DNA from: a virus
Length of the DNA stretch: 64,000 nucleotides
Virus record (IMG/VR): IMGVR_UViG_3300009099_000001
Strand: one strand, 5' to 3'
Shown here: positions 8,705 to 18,726 of the stretch, piece by piece
How positions within the stretch are numbered: position 1 is the stretch's first letter
Layout: each line of letters begins with the position of its first letter
Notes under the pieces: generated by a model
Told to the model about the DNA's origin: nothing
Databases searched by the model: none
What the model saw: the letters and a program-made list of their open reading frames with translations, nothing else
Program-made: the position numbers and the translations under genes

Positions 8705-10256
8705 TGCTGCATGGCTGATATTCGGCAAATACAGACCGGATCGATACCAGCGCAATTCGTGGGTCGCGATGCAGCCGTTGGGCGTCAAGGTGCTGCAGGA
8801 AATCATGACCCAGGCCGGGTTGGCGATTGACACCTGTTCGCCCCAAGCGCCGCATTCGAATGTCGTTCTGGTTTCGCTGACCTCGGAACAGGACGTAGCC
8901 CAGTTCTATCAGCAGGTTTCGTTGCTGGAGCATTGGCAACCCCGGGTTCGTACGTTCCGCGTAGTCGCCGGGGGCTATGGCATGCAGAACCCCTACCCTC
9001 TACGGGACTATGTGGACTACATGTTTTTTGGCCGCGCGGAAAGCGAAATTGTGCAACTGCTTGCAGATGCGACGGCTAGGCGTCCCTCACACCATCCCGC
9101 GGTCATGAACGCTTTTGAGCAAATCCATCCTGTGGAAGTGGTGCAAGCCCAAACGCTGTACGACGGCCAGATTTTCCAGGAAGCGTTCACTGGCTGTCCG
9201 CTCAAGTGCAAGTTCTGCCATTACACGTTTGCCCGCAAACATCAAGGCACGGATCATGCGTACAGCATGAATACGGCGACGCGCGGCGCCCTGTATGTGC
9301 AGACGACCGGACATGGTACGGGGGGCGCCCAAGGAGAACAGAAGGGGAATCTGGAAATCACGTGGCCTCAGTTGTTGGACTGGCCGCATCCCCAATATTA
9401 TCCCCATGTTACGGTCGGGTTAGACGGTCCTTCGGTGCGACTGCGCACACTGTACGGCAAGCCGATTTCCGATTCGGAGATCGTAGAGGGTCTGGACACG
9501 TATTTCCGAGACTCGCATCAAGCCGGCTTGTCGGGGTCGTTCTTCAAGATCTACGACATTGGGGGCTTTCCGGGCGAGACGCAGACGGACAGGCAACAGT
9601 TAGAGCGTGCCTTGTGCCAAGTGGCCCCGCCGCCCAGGACAGACTATAAGGCCACGGTGATTGTGCATGTGACGCCATTCAAAGCCTCGGCTTGGACCCC
9701 GATGCAATGGGAGGCGTTTAGCCTGACGAATTTTGCGAAACTATACGGCCGACAAACGATTGCAGTCTGGGATGGCGACCCGTCTCGGCTGCATCATGCC
9801 AAGGGGGCGCGAACCCAAAACAAAGCGTATTACAGCACGTGGATCGAAGGACCGGGAATGCAATTGCTATATAGCGGAGCGGCGCGCCATGACGGCTCTG
9901 CGGCTCATCATAAGGCTTGGCATACCTTGCTCCACAGTCGCCAACTGAAGACGGCCCGTTCCGCGGTCCAAGTCCAGATGGTGCGGCGGGCATTCCCCGA
10001 CGTATTTCGGGCCTGGACGGGGGAGCACGAAGTCGGCGCGCCGTTGCCGACTCAGATTGCCAAGGCGACGGTGGACGTATCGGTACTCGCACGGATTGCT
10101 CGCAAGATGCGAAGGGAACGCCATCGTTCGGAAACGGAACCCGTAGCATCTTTTCTGGGACGGCGCAAGACGTTGTCGGGCAATCTCTTGGCGGCGGGTT
10201 GTGGCGCAGTTGCACCAGTCCCGCCGGGTGAAATCGCGCTCGTCGGCAGTGCGTAA
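8694..10256 (+). CDS. Radical SAM protein with B12-binding-like N-terminal domain
   Basis: 520 aa from ATG 8694 (11-nt overlap with the ParB-like gene). CxxxCxxC cluster motif in FTGCPLKCKFCHYTF. N-terminal VVAGGYGMQNPYPLRDYVDYMFFGRAESEI resembles the class-B rSAM Rossmann domain. Confidence 0.75.
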   Translation: MSSDAAWLIFGKYRPDRYQRNSWVAMQPLGVKVLQEIMTQAGLAIDTCSPQAPHSNVVLVSLTSEQDVAQFYQQVSLLEHWQPRVRTFRVVAGGYGMQNPYPLRDYVDYMFFGRAESEIVQLLADATARRPSHHPAVMNAFEQIHPVEVVQAQTLYDGQIFQEAFTGCPLKCKFCHYTFARKHQGTDHAYSMNTATRGALYVQTTGHGTGGAQGEQKGNLEITWPQLLDWPHPQYYPHVTVGLDGPSVRLRTLYGKPISDSEIVEGLDTYFRDSHQAGLSGSFFKIYDIGGFPGETQTDRQQLERALCQVAPPPRTDYKATVIVHVTPFKASAWTPMQWEAFSLTNFAKLYGRQTIAVWDGDPSRLHHAKGARTQNKAYYSTWIEGPGMQLLYSGAARHDGSAAHHKAWHTLLHSRQLKTARSAVQVQMVRRAFPDVFRAWTGEHEVGAPLPTQIAKATVDVSVLARIARKMRRERHRSETEPVASFLGRRKTLSGNLLAAGCGAVAPVPPGEIALVGSA

Positions 10257-10307
10257 TCGGGAACTCGGAGTCGACTCTCCCAGCGGTCCCCAGTAGCGTG
10301 AACCCGT

Positions 10308-10931
10308 ATGCCCGCTCTCAAGAGAAATCCCCGCAAGTTCACGATGGCGACGCGGCGGTTGCGAGTCATGCAATTACGGACCGCCGGTTACACGCTGCAA
10401 CAGATTGCCGATCAGGTCGGGTGCGGCAAGGCGACGGTCAGCCGGGATCTGGATTTTTGTCTCCAGGATTTGGCGGATCAACAACAGGATCAGACGACGC
10501 AGTTGCGCACGCTGTCCAATTATCTGCTGGACATGCTGTTACAGAAATTTTTGCCGTTGGCCTTGCAAGGCGACGGCAAGGCGGCAGATCGGGTACTGCG
10601 GATCAACAAGCAGAAGCGCGATCTGTACAAACTGGATGTCCCCGAACCCGTCGCTGAGACCGCAGAGACAGAGCGGGATACGACCCAGGGGGCACAAGAC
10701 CTGTTGGGGGTGTTGCTGCAAGCCAATCCGCTTTGGCAGCGGGGCGTATTTGCGACGGCTGACGGCACGTTCGACGAGGTGGGCTATCGCTATTGGAACC
10801 AGCTTGCCCATGATGCGATCCCCGTGAAAATTCCCGGCGACGGCTTTATCGAGCACCATCGGCAATTGACCGCTACGTATGTGGCGGCGCACCCGGAAGA
10901 GTTCGAGCCGCATGATGGATCGCAGACTTGA
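10308..10931 (+). CDS. terS: Terminase small subunit (HTH)
   Basis: 207 aa. N-terminal HTH (LRTAGYTLQQIADQVGCGKATVSRDL) followed by a helical region. Lies directly upstream of and overlapping the large terminase. Confidence 0.6.
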   Translation: MPALKRNPRKFTMATRRLRVMQLRTAGYTLQQIADQVGCGKATVSRDLDFCLQDLADQQQDQTTQLRTLSNYLLDMLLQKFLPLALQGDGKAADRVLRINKQKRDLYKLDVPEPVAETAETERDTTQGAQDLLGVLLQANPLWQRGVFATADGTFDEVGYRYWNQLAHDAIPVKIPGDGFIEHHRQLTATYVAAHPEEFEPHDGSQT

Positions 10932-12327
10932 ACCGCAGCCGGGGCCGCAGACCTCGTTTCTGACCAGTCAGGCCCAGATGGTCGTATTCGGGGGACAAGC
11001 CGGCGGCGGCAAATCCTACGGCCTCATCCTCGCGGCGCTCAATCTCTGCCTGAAATACGCCGATTTCCGCTGCCTGATGTTGCGCAAGATGCTGCGTTCG
11101 GGCGTGATGAGCATTTGGGAAGAGATGGTAGGCATCTGTGCGGATTGGCCCGAGGTCAAGCAGGTCCACAGGTCGGCCTTCCGCATTTATTTCGCCAACG
11201 GCTCCAGCATCCAACTCGGGCATCTCCAGAAGCCCGACAGTTTCCGCAGTTGGCAAGGCGGTCAGTTCCAAGCCGTGCTGTTCGACGAGATCGCCGAGGG
11301 CTTCACGGAGCGCGAGGTGACGTTTCTCGCTTGGTCCCGGGCCCGGGGCATGAGCAGCGGGCCGGCCTTGGTACGGGCGACTTGCAATCCGTCTTCCACT
11401 TCGTTCATCCGCAAGTACGTTGGGCCGTGGGTAATCAAGGATCATCCGCGGTATCCGACCCCGCACAATCAATGGTTGTATTTCGTGCGGCAGCAACCGA
11501 GCGACGACATCGTGTTTTACGATCACCCGGACGAAGCCCCCGAGAACACGGCGCCGATGTCGCTTACGTTCATCGGCAGTACGCTCCGGGACAACCCCAA
11601 GTTGTTGGAGGCCAATCCGCACTACGAAGCCCAATTGCGCGCCTTGCCGCATGTGGACTACAGGCAACAGGGGATGGGGGATTGGGACATCGTAGAAGGC
11701 GGCGGGGCGGTACTCAAGCGCAAGTGGATCTCGGTATGGACGCCTGCCGATTTGCCGCAAGACGAACTGCCGGTGAAAGTGTATGCCTGGGATACGGCGG
11801 GCCGCGTATCCGACCTGAAGGCGCCTAAGGGTCAGGATCGGGGCGACTACACGGTGGGCATGCTGGCCCATTATTACCCCGACAGCGAGCGGTTCGTGGT
11901 CATGGAAGTGTGGCGTGTACGCATTCCGGTAGGGGAATTGCAACCCGCTATCGTGGCCCGGGCGCGGGACCTTGGCCCCGAGGTCCATATCGCCTTGGAG
12001 CAAGAGCCGGGGTCGCAGGCCGCGGCCATGCTCGCTCACATGGTGCGCAACGAATTGACGGAGTACCAGGTGACGATCTACAAGCCGCAAGTCGACAAAG
12101 TGAGCCGGGCCGCTCTGCTGTCGTCGTTGGCGAGCAATGGGCGGGTTGCCATCATGGACGGGCCGTATCGAGACACGGTGTTGGACGAATGGCATCTGTT
12201 TCCCGAAGGCCCCTACGACGATACGGTGGATGCGGCGACCTTGGCGCTCAACACCGCGCGGAGCGTTCAGCCAGGGCCTAAGACGCCTGAACTGTGGCGG
12301 CCTCGAGTACGCCAGCTGAGGATATAA
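10912..12327 (+). CDS. terL: Terminase large subunit
   Basis: 471 aa. Walker A FGGQAGGGKSY, Walker B AVLFDEIAE, C-terminal RNaseH-like nuclease acidic residues (VYAWDTAG, DDTVDAATLAL). Confidence 0.85.
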   Translation: MMDRRLEPQPGPQTSFLTSQAQMVVFGGQAGGGKSYGLILAALNLCLKYADFRCLMLRKMLRSGVMSIWEEMVGICADWPEVKQVHRSAFRIYFANGSSIQLGHLQKPDSFRSWQGGQFQAVLFDEIAEGFTEREVTFLAWSRARGMSSGPALVRATCNPSSTSFIRKYVGPWVIKDHPRYPTPHNQWLYFVRQQPSDDIVFYDHPDEAPENTAPMSLTFIGSTLRDNPKLLEANPHYEAQLRALPHVDYRQQGMGDWDIVEGGGAVLKRKWISVWTPADLPQDELPVKVYAWDTAGRVSDLKAPKGQDRGDYTVGMLAHYYPDSERFVVMEVWRVRIPVGELQPAIVARARDLGPEVHIALEQEPGSQAAAMLAHMVRNELTEYQVTIYKPQVDKVSRAALLSSLASNGRVAIMDGPYRDTVLDEWHLFPEGPYDDTVDAATLALNTARSVQPGPKTPELWRPRVRQLRI

Positions 12328-12339
12328 GGAGGCGCCGTT

Positions 12340-15300
12340 ATGTTACGCATGGCCAACCTCGGCACGATGCGAGGCGACATTGAGATCGATGTCAGCGGGG
12401 CGCAAGCGTCGTTGGCCCGCCTCCAGGAATCCGTCCAACAGCAATCCCAACAGATCGGGCAGAAGATGCAGCGGATAGGCGGGGCGCTGTCGCTGGGCGT
12501 TACTGCGCCGATTGCGGGCTTGGCCGCCGCTGCCGCCAAGGAGTTCGGGACCTTCGACGAAAACTTGCGCCTCATCCGCCAGATGACCTCGGCCACCGGC
12601 GACACGATGGACGCCATGCGCGAAAAGGCGTTGGAATTGGGCCGGGTCACTTCGTTCAGCGCGGGCGACGCTACGCAAGCCATGCTGGAATTGGTCAAGG
12701 GCGGCTTCGACACGGAAAAAGCCCTCGGTGCGATTTCCGGCACGCTGAACTTGGCGGCGGCGTCAGGTATCGATCTGGCTTCTTCGGCGGAAGTCGTGAC
12801 CGACGTGTTGGCGACCTTCAATCTGCCGGCTTCGGCTCTGGACAGTACGGTAGATGCGATGGCGGGCAGCGTCAACAACGCGGCGCAAGGGTTTGGGGAA
12901 TTGACCTACGCCATGCAGACAGCGGCGGCCCCGTTCTCCAATGCGGGATTTTCCGTGCAAGACTTGTCGGCCGCCTTGGCGGTCATGGCCAACCAAGGGC
13001 TGAAAGGACAACGGGCCGGGACTACTTTGGGGCGGGTCATTACCGAGCTGTCCAATCCCCGCAACGACGCAGCCGCAGGCATGATCCATGACCTCGGGAT
13101 CAACGTCTTCAACGCCGCCGGCGAATTCAATTCGTTTCGCGACATTCTGGGCGATATGGAACAGGGGCTCAAGGGCATGACGGCGGAACAGCGCACGCAG
13201 TCCTTGGCGACCATCTTCGGCGGGGATGCCATCAAAGCGGTCCTGCCGTTGCTCAATGCCGGAGTCGCCGGCTTCGACGAATTGAAGGCGGCGGTACAGG
13301 AAGAAGGGTCGGCAATGGGTCTGGCCGAGGCTTCGATGGCGTCGTTCAACGGCGCCCTGAAGTACATCCAAGGGACCATCGGCACAGTGCTGATTTCCGC
13401 CATCGAGCCGCTGGCGGAAACGATTGGTACAGTCATCCGCAAGGTCGCGGACTTCATTGCCAAGTTCGCTACGTTGCCGCCAGGCGCCCGGCAATGGATA
13501 GGGATCTTCGCGGGCATCGCGGCCGCCGCCGGCCCCTTTCTGCTCATCCTCGGCAAAGTCGTAGCAGTCGGCGGGGCCATCTTCGCGGCGCTGAATCCGG
13601 TGACTCTGGTAATCCTCGGTGTCTCGGCGGCCGTACTGCTCTTGAGCAACCGCTTCAAATGGTTCGCGGGGTTACGGCAGCGACTCGCCAAGTGGTTGGA
13701 AATTGGGCCTATCGAACGCATGCAGAAGGCGTTCGAGGGCTTCAGCGCCTACACGGAACGACTCAAGGGCATTGACGGGCTATGGGCGAAAATCCGGGAC
13801 ATTTGGCACGTCGGCCTAGGGGATGTAGAAAGCAACCTGTGGACGGGGATCGCACAGTTCCTGCATGGCGGCGACATGTCCAAAGTCCAGGACATGGCGG
13901 GCACATGGGACGAAATTCCCCAACTGTTCATAGAAAAATTCAAGGCGGCGTTCAAGAAAGGCGGACCGGTCGCCAAGGCGATCCGCAAGATCTGGCAGAA
14001 ATTCACGCGGGGCTTGACGCAATTCTTTTCGCGTCTAGGCTTCAAGACGTCCGAAGCCGATCCCGGCGGCGTGTGGCATCCGTGGGCGGATCGCCTGCAG
14101 AGAGGCTTTGCTGATCTGTTCGACCACAATTCCGAGTTGCGCCAGAAGTTGCGGGAACAATGGGAATTCTTTACGGAAGACGTCTTCCGGTGGTTCACGG
14201 AAAATCTGTTGCCGCCGGGGTCCCAGGTCGCTATTGGGGATTGGGGTGCGATGGGCAGTGCTTTGGTCGATCAGTTTCGGAGTCTCTTCCGGCGTGATGG
14301 TCCTGTGCATAGAGCAATCCGTGATGTGTGGTGGTCGTTCAGCAACAACATCTTGCTGTGGCTGTCGCCGGCAGGGGCCGACATTGGGCGCGGGCGGGCG
14401 CACTGGGAAGACGAGAGCATCTTCAAACTGTGGGCCGAAGCGATCCAAGACCGTTTTGCGTCCATGTTCGGGCGCAACGGCAATGTACGCCGTGCGATGC
14501 AGAGCACCTGGGAAGACTTCGAAGTCGGCGCATGGAATTGGATTGCACGGCGGGTATTGCCGGCGGATACGGAAATCGGTTCCGACACGGAAGGGACTTG
14601 GAGCGAGATCGGCGACGCCATCGGCGACCGCTGGGACGACGCTCTGGCTAAGGGAAGCGACCTCTGGGGCGACATCAAAGAAGAATGGGACGACTTCGCG
14701 GAGCGGGCTTGGAAGTGGATTGCGAAGCAAGAAATCGAACCCGACGCAGACCGGAAGGCCGACGGCATCTGGGACAAGGTGAGCGCGGCGCTAGGGAAGA
14801 CCTGGGAAAAGGTGTTCGGGACCGAGAATACGCTGTGGAACGACATCACGGCGGCGTGGCAGGCTTTTCGGACATCGATTTCCACGCTGGTGCAGACGGC
14901 CCTCAACATTGAATTCCCTGAAGGCGCCGGCGTGATCGAAACTTGGCGTTCCGTGACCGAGCAACTGCGCACGGGATGGGAAAACGCCGTCGGCCCCGGT
15001 TCGGCCTTGCGCACGGCGATGAGCAATGTGTGGCAGGGCCTCAAGACGTTCTTGGGCGGTTTGGTCAGGGGACGACTGCCTCTCAAGATTGACCGGAAAC
15101 CCAAGTGGTTTGAAGAATTGGCGGAACGCGAGAAAGGCACCCCGTGGGAGTATATGTCCCAAGCGGAGTTCCGCAAGGCCCAAGCCCGTCACACGAACGA
15201 GTTGGCGCGGTGGCAAGAGCAAGTGGATCAATTTACCGATCCTGCGTCTCATTTGGGCGGAATGAAGCCAGAGGCGCATGCTGCCGTCTTAGAGGAGTGG

Positions 15301-18300
15301 GAGGCTCTGCACAGAGCAAGGCCACATTCAGTGTGGGAGGGCATGGAGAGGCCGGCGTGGATGGATTTGATGGACCAACAGGCTGAGGCCGACAGTCAGG
15401 CCGCCATCGATCAATTCTTCGCGCCGTGGCGCAATCTGTTCGACGGCTTGCGGCAGAAATGGGAAGAATTCCTAGGGCCGACATCGGAACTGCGCCAGAA
15501 GTTGAGCGACGTCTGGACGAAGTTCAAGACGTTCGTACAGACCCTCGTACAGACCGCTATCGACATGGCGGCGGGCGATCCTGAGAACCGCACATGGGAC
15601 AACTTCAAGGCCGCGTTGTCCGGCGACTTCGCCGCCTTGCTGGATGCCGGCGGCGAACTCTTCCTGGGCATCCAAAACACGTGGAACGCCTTTCGGGCGC
15701 GGGTATGGACTTGGCTGACGGGATCGCCGCCGCTGGGTACGCCCGAGACACTCATCCCGGATCTGGAAGACCCCGACTATCTGACGAAACTCTTGGAGTT
15801 CCAGCCGCCGGCCCGCATTCCGATTTGGGACGATTTGCAAGAAATCATCCAAGAGGGCTGGCAGTTGCTCTTGGCCGCAGGGTCGGCGCTGTGGACGAAC
15901 ATCAAGGCCACATGGACGGATTTCGGGTCTCGGGTCTGGGATTGGCTCAAGGGCGCGGCGATTGCCGTGACCGGCGGCGGGGACGACGACGTGCCCATGT
16001 GGAAGAAGATCCGCAACTTCATCGCCGGCTGGTTCGCCGCGATCTTCGTGTCGGGGTCTGCGCTATGGAAGGGGTTGCGAGCGATCTGGACAGTGTTCGG
16101 GACGATGGCTTGGAACTGGTTCAAGGGCCTGGTGATTCCGGCGGGAACCGACCCTGGCACCATTACGCTCTGGGATGCCGTAGTCGCCAAGATCGGCGCC
16201 TGGCTCGGCAAGGCGTGGGACGACGCGGGCACGTTCTGGACAGACTTGCAGACCCATTGGGATGCGTTTACGAAGGACGTCTGGGATTGGGTGAAGGAAC
16301 GCCGGATCAAGGCCGGCGCCGATCCGGAAAACATCACCATGTGGACTGCCGTTACCGGGACGATTGCCGGCTGGTGGGATGCGGCGTTGGCCACGGGGCA
16401 ATCGCTATGGACCCGGCTAGGGACCCATTGGGACAGCTTCAGCACGCGGGTCTGGGCTTGGGTCGTCGCCCGGCGTATCCAGGCTGGCGAGGCTGGCGGC
16501 AGCATGTGGAACCGCATTACGGCCAAGGTTTCGGGATGGTGGAACGCAGCGTTGCAAAAGGGCACGTCCCTATGGGACTCGCTGGGCGACGCGTGGGACA
16601 CGTTCGAGGCGCAGATTTGGACTTGGGCGATGGGGTTGGTCGTTGCAGCGGGCGAGACGCCGGCGGAAGGGGCGGGCACGTGGGCCTTGGTGCTACAAGC
16701 CTTAGGGTTGCAGTTTGCCAAAGCGGTAGGCCCAGACTCGCAATTCCGCAAGGACATTGACGCGGCCTGGGACAAGACGAACACTGCGATCAGCAATCGC
16801 ATCCGCACTACGTTCTTGCAGAACGTGGAAGAGCTGGATGCAGCGGGCGCAGCCCCGGAACTCAAGGCGCCTACCGACGAAATGATCCAAGACTGGGCGG
16901 CGGACAGTTTGTTTCCGGCCGCGGCGGAAGCCGGATTGTCGGCCATGACAGCGAATGTAGCCGCGCATATTGCCGGCGAACACGGGATCCTGGGACAAAT
17001 GTATACCGCATTCACGTTTGGACTGGGACACACCTTAGGCAAAATCATCGCCCAAATCAACCTGGCGACGGAAGTCATCAAGTATGCGATCTTGGGGATG
17101 TTCGTGCCGGGGTTTCGGGATCTGAATACCCAAATCAACGCGATCCTGAAAGCCGGCGATCAGGGGTTGACGACGGGGCTGCTCGCTGGCATCGAGACCG
17201 AGCAACAGCGGTATCGGGAAATGTTGGCCCCCGTTACGGAACCTCTCGGTATCGAACTGTTCGAGCCGGTCATGACGTGGGGCGAATTCGGACAAGAAGT
17301 GATGCCCCTATGGAGGCCGCCGCCCCCGCGTCCGGCGCTCCCCGAAGACACTTCTTTTGAGGACACCGTAAATCGACAAATCGCCCAAGGCGAAGAGGCG
17401 GCCAAGAAGGGCAACCGCGGCTGGCAGCAGCAACTTACGGAAAATCTGGGGAACGCTTTGCAAAACTTCCAGCCTGCCGCATTGACCGGCGGCCCTGTGT
17501 TTTCCGTGTTGCCGTCCCTGCTAATGTCGTCGCTCCAGGCCGGGCTCACGGCGGCCTGGGACGGCTTCGCTGCCTGGTTCCAAGAGACCCTTGCGACCCC
17601 CTTCGCCGGCTTGTGGACCGACATGTTCCAGGTCGACATCTTGGGCACAGTCGGGACGTTCTTCACCGATTTGGGCACGGACATTACGGAAGGCTTCACG
17701 GGCCTCAAAGACAATTGGGACGCTACCGTAAAGGGCTTCAGGGCGAAGGTCGAGAGTCTTTGGTCCGGCCTACGCCTGTATGCCCTGATCCAATGGAACC
17801 TGCTCGTTACGAGTTGGAAGGTTTGGTGGACAGCGCGCAAGAACGGGTTTGACGAGGTAGTCAAGGGGTTCAAGGAAAAGGTCGAAACCTTCTGGACTGC
17901 GCTCAAGGATTTCATCGTAGAGACTTGGGAGGCGGCTTGGGAGGCGGTGAAGGCGGCTATCGTAGGCGACAAGGCCAAAGGGGTTCTGGGACTGTGGGAT
18001 CGTCTAGGCGAAGGGCTGACGCTGGTCATGGACAAAGTCACGGCCCAAATCGACCGGATCACGAATTCCATCGAAGGGGCGATTGCGGCGTTCAACCGTC
18101 TCAAGGAACTCAATCCCTTGGGCTATTTCAAGCGCAAGGCGCGGGAAGCCGAGGAAACGCAGGTGCGCATCCAAGCCGCCGGGTTCGCGGGCATGATGCC
18201 GTTTGCCGAAGAAGAAGCGGAAGAAGTGAAGAAAGGCGGCAACTGGTTCACGCGCTTGCTGGGCTTCCAGCATGGCACGAAACATCATCCGGGCGGGCTG

Positions 18301-18537
18301 TCTTGGGTCGGCGAGGCGGGCCCGGAACTAATTGCGCCGCCGCGGGGCAGTCAGGTCTTTAGTCACGACGACTCGATGCGGATGATGCGCGAACAGAACG
18401 CACTGCTCCGGGAACAGACCCGGTTGCTGCAAGACCTCGAGCAAAGCCAAGTCAACGTGACTGCGCACTACGACGCCCAGCCGGACGAAGACCTGCTGAG
18501 TCAAGTGCAATACGCCCGGGCCTTGTTGCGGGCATAA
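12340..18537 (+). CDS. Tape measure protein (2065 aa)
   Basis: N-terminal TMP core (ELGRVTSFSAGDATQAMLELVKGGF...AMANQGLKGQRAGTTLGRVITEL) and transmembrane segments. About 25 Trp-rich ~45-aa repeats (LW..I...W..F...VW.WI). C-terminal GGLSWVGEAGPELI block. Strong RBS AAGGAGG. Confidence 0.8.
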   Translation: MLRMANLGTMRGDIEIDVSGAQASLARLQESVQQQSQQIGQKMQRIGGALSLGVTAPIAGLAAAAAKEFGTFDENLRLIRQMTSATGDTMDAMREKALELGRVTSFSAGDATQAMLELVKGGFDTEKALGAISGTLNLAAASGIDLASSAEVVTDVLATFNLPASALDSTVDAMAGSVNNAAQGFGELTYAMQTAAAPFSNAGFSVQDLSAALAVMANQGLKGQRAGTTLGRVITELSNPRNDAAAGMIHDLGINVFNAAGEFNSFRDILGDMEQGLKGMTAEQRTQSLATIFGGDAIKAVLPLLNAGVAGFDELKAAVQEEGSAMGLAEASMASFNGALKYIQGTIGTVLISAIEPLAETIGTVIRKVADFIAKFATLPPGARQWIGIFAGIAAAAGPFLLILGKVVAVGGAIFAALNPVTLVILGVSAAVLLLSNRFKWFAGLRQRLAKWLEIGPIERMQKAFEGFSAYTERLKGIDGLWAKIRDIWHVGLGDVESNLWTGIAQFLHGGDMSKVQDMAGTWDEIPQLFIEKFKAAFKKGGPVAKAIRKIWQKFTRGLTQFFSRLGFKTSEADPGGVWHPWADRLQRGFADLFDHNSELRQKLREQWEFFTEDVFRWFTENLLPPGSQVAIGDWGAMGSALVDQFRSLFRRDGPVHRAIRDVWWSFSNNILLWLSPAGADIGRGRAHWEDESIFKLWAEAIQDRFASMFGRNGNVRRAMQSTWEDFEVGAWNWIARRVLPADTEIGSDTEGTWSEIGDAIGDRWDDALAKGSDLWGDIKEEWDDFAERAWKWIAKQEIEPDADRKADGIWDKVSAALGKTWEKVFGTENTLWNDITAAWQAFRTSISTLVQTALNIEFPEGAGVIETWRSVTEQLRTGWENAVGPGSALRTAMSNVWQGLKTFLGGLVRGRLPLKIDRKPKWFEELAEREKGTPWEYMSQAEFRKAQARHTNELARWQEQVDQFTDPASHLGGMKPEAHAAVLEEWEALHRARPHSVWEGMERPAWMDLMDQQAEADSQAAIDQFFAPWRNLFDGLRQKWEEFLGPTSELRQKLSDVWTKFKTFVQTLVQTAIDMAAGDPENRTWDNFKAALSGDFAALLDAGGELFLGIQNTWNAFRARVWTWLTGSPPLGTPETLIPDLEDPDYLTKLLEFQPPARIPIWDDLQEIIQEGWQLLLAAGSALWTNIKATWTDFGSRVWDWLKGAAIAVTGGGDDDVPMWKKIRNFIAGWFAAIFVSGSALWKGLRAIWTVFGTMAWNWFKGLVIPAGTDPGTITLWDAVVAKIGAWLGKAWDDAGTFWTDLQTHWDAFTKDVWDWVKERRIKAGADPENITMWTAVTGTIAGWWDAALATGQSLWTRLGTHWDSFSTRVWAWVVARRIQAGEAGGSMWNRITAKVSGWWNAALQKGTSLWDSLGDAWDTFEAQIWTWAMGLVVAAGETPAEGAGTWALVLQALGLQFAKAVGPDSQFRKDIDAAWDKTNTAISNRIRTTFLQNVEELDAAGAAPELKAPTDEMIQDWAADSLFPAAAEAGLSAMTANVAAHIAGEHGILGQMYTAFTFGLGHTLGKIIAQINLATEVIKYAILGMFVPGFRDLNTQINAILKAGDQGLTTGLLAGIETEQQRYREMLAPVTEPLGIELFEPVMTWGEFGQEVMPLWRPPPPRPALPEDTSFEDTVNRQIAQGEEAAKKGNRGWQQQLTENLGNALQNFQPAALTGGPVFSVLPSLLMSSLQAGLTAAWDGFAAWFQETLATPFAGLWTDMFQVDILGTVGTFFTDLGTDITEGFTGLKDNWDATVKGFRAKVESLWSGLRLYALIQWNLLVTSWKVWWTARKNGFDEVVKGFKEKVETFWTALKDFIVETWEAAWEAVKAAIVGDKAKGVLGLWDRLGEGLTLVMDKVTAQIDRITNSIEGAIAAFNRLKELNPLGYFKRKAREAEETQVRIQAAGFAGMMPFAEEEAEEVKKGGNWFTRLLGFQHGTKHHPGGLSWVGEAGPELIAPPRGSQVFSHDDSMRMMREQNALLREQTRLLQDLEQSQVNVTAHYDAQPDEDLLSQVQYARALLRA

Positions 18538-18560
18538 AAAAAGCCCCGCTGGAGCGGGGC
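18536..18560 (-). terminator. Rho-independent terminator (minus-strand U-tract); hairpin also ends the TMP gene
   Basis: GCCCCGC-TCCA-GCGGGGC followed by TTTTTTT on the minus strand. Confidence 0.6.
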
Positions 18561-18679
18561 GTGGGCCGATTGCTAGCCGAGATTATCCTACTTCGAGACC
18601 CTCGAGCACCGTGCGGACGTCGGCGCTCAGGGACGATGGGTCATCCAAGACATAATGTGCTCCTTGTGGGGTGCGGATA

Positions 18680-18715
18680 CCCCGAAAGCCCCGTCTCCTA
18701 CGGGGCCGTGCGGGG
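18680..18715 (-). other. Intergenic long hairpin with SD-like loop (family member)
   Basis: Minus strand GCCCCG-TAGGAGA-CGGGGC with paired flanks, followed by CTTTCGGGGTAT and a CACAAGGAG leader. Confidence 0.5.
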
Positions 18716-18726
18716 TGAGGCGAGGG

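Noticed and set aside
10873-12195. 440-aa minus-strand ORF antisense to the large terminase; likewise 12906-13721, 14271-15176 and 15777-17138 antisense to the TMP
   Set aside because: They lie opposite genes with clear Walker or TMP motifs. Composition is Arg/Pro/Gly-rich and no start signals are present.
12325-12342. TerL TAA stop is in-frame with the TMP start (12 nt apart), so the UUA tRNA could in principle fuse them
   Set aside because: In-frame spacing has a 1-in-3 chance. A strong AAGGAGG RBS precedes the TMP ATG, and a TerL-TMP fusion is biologically implausible.
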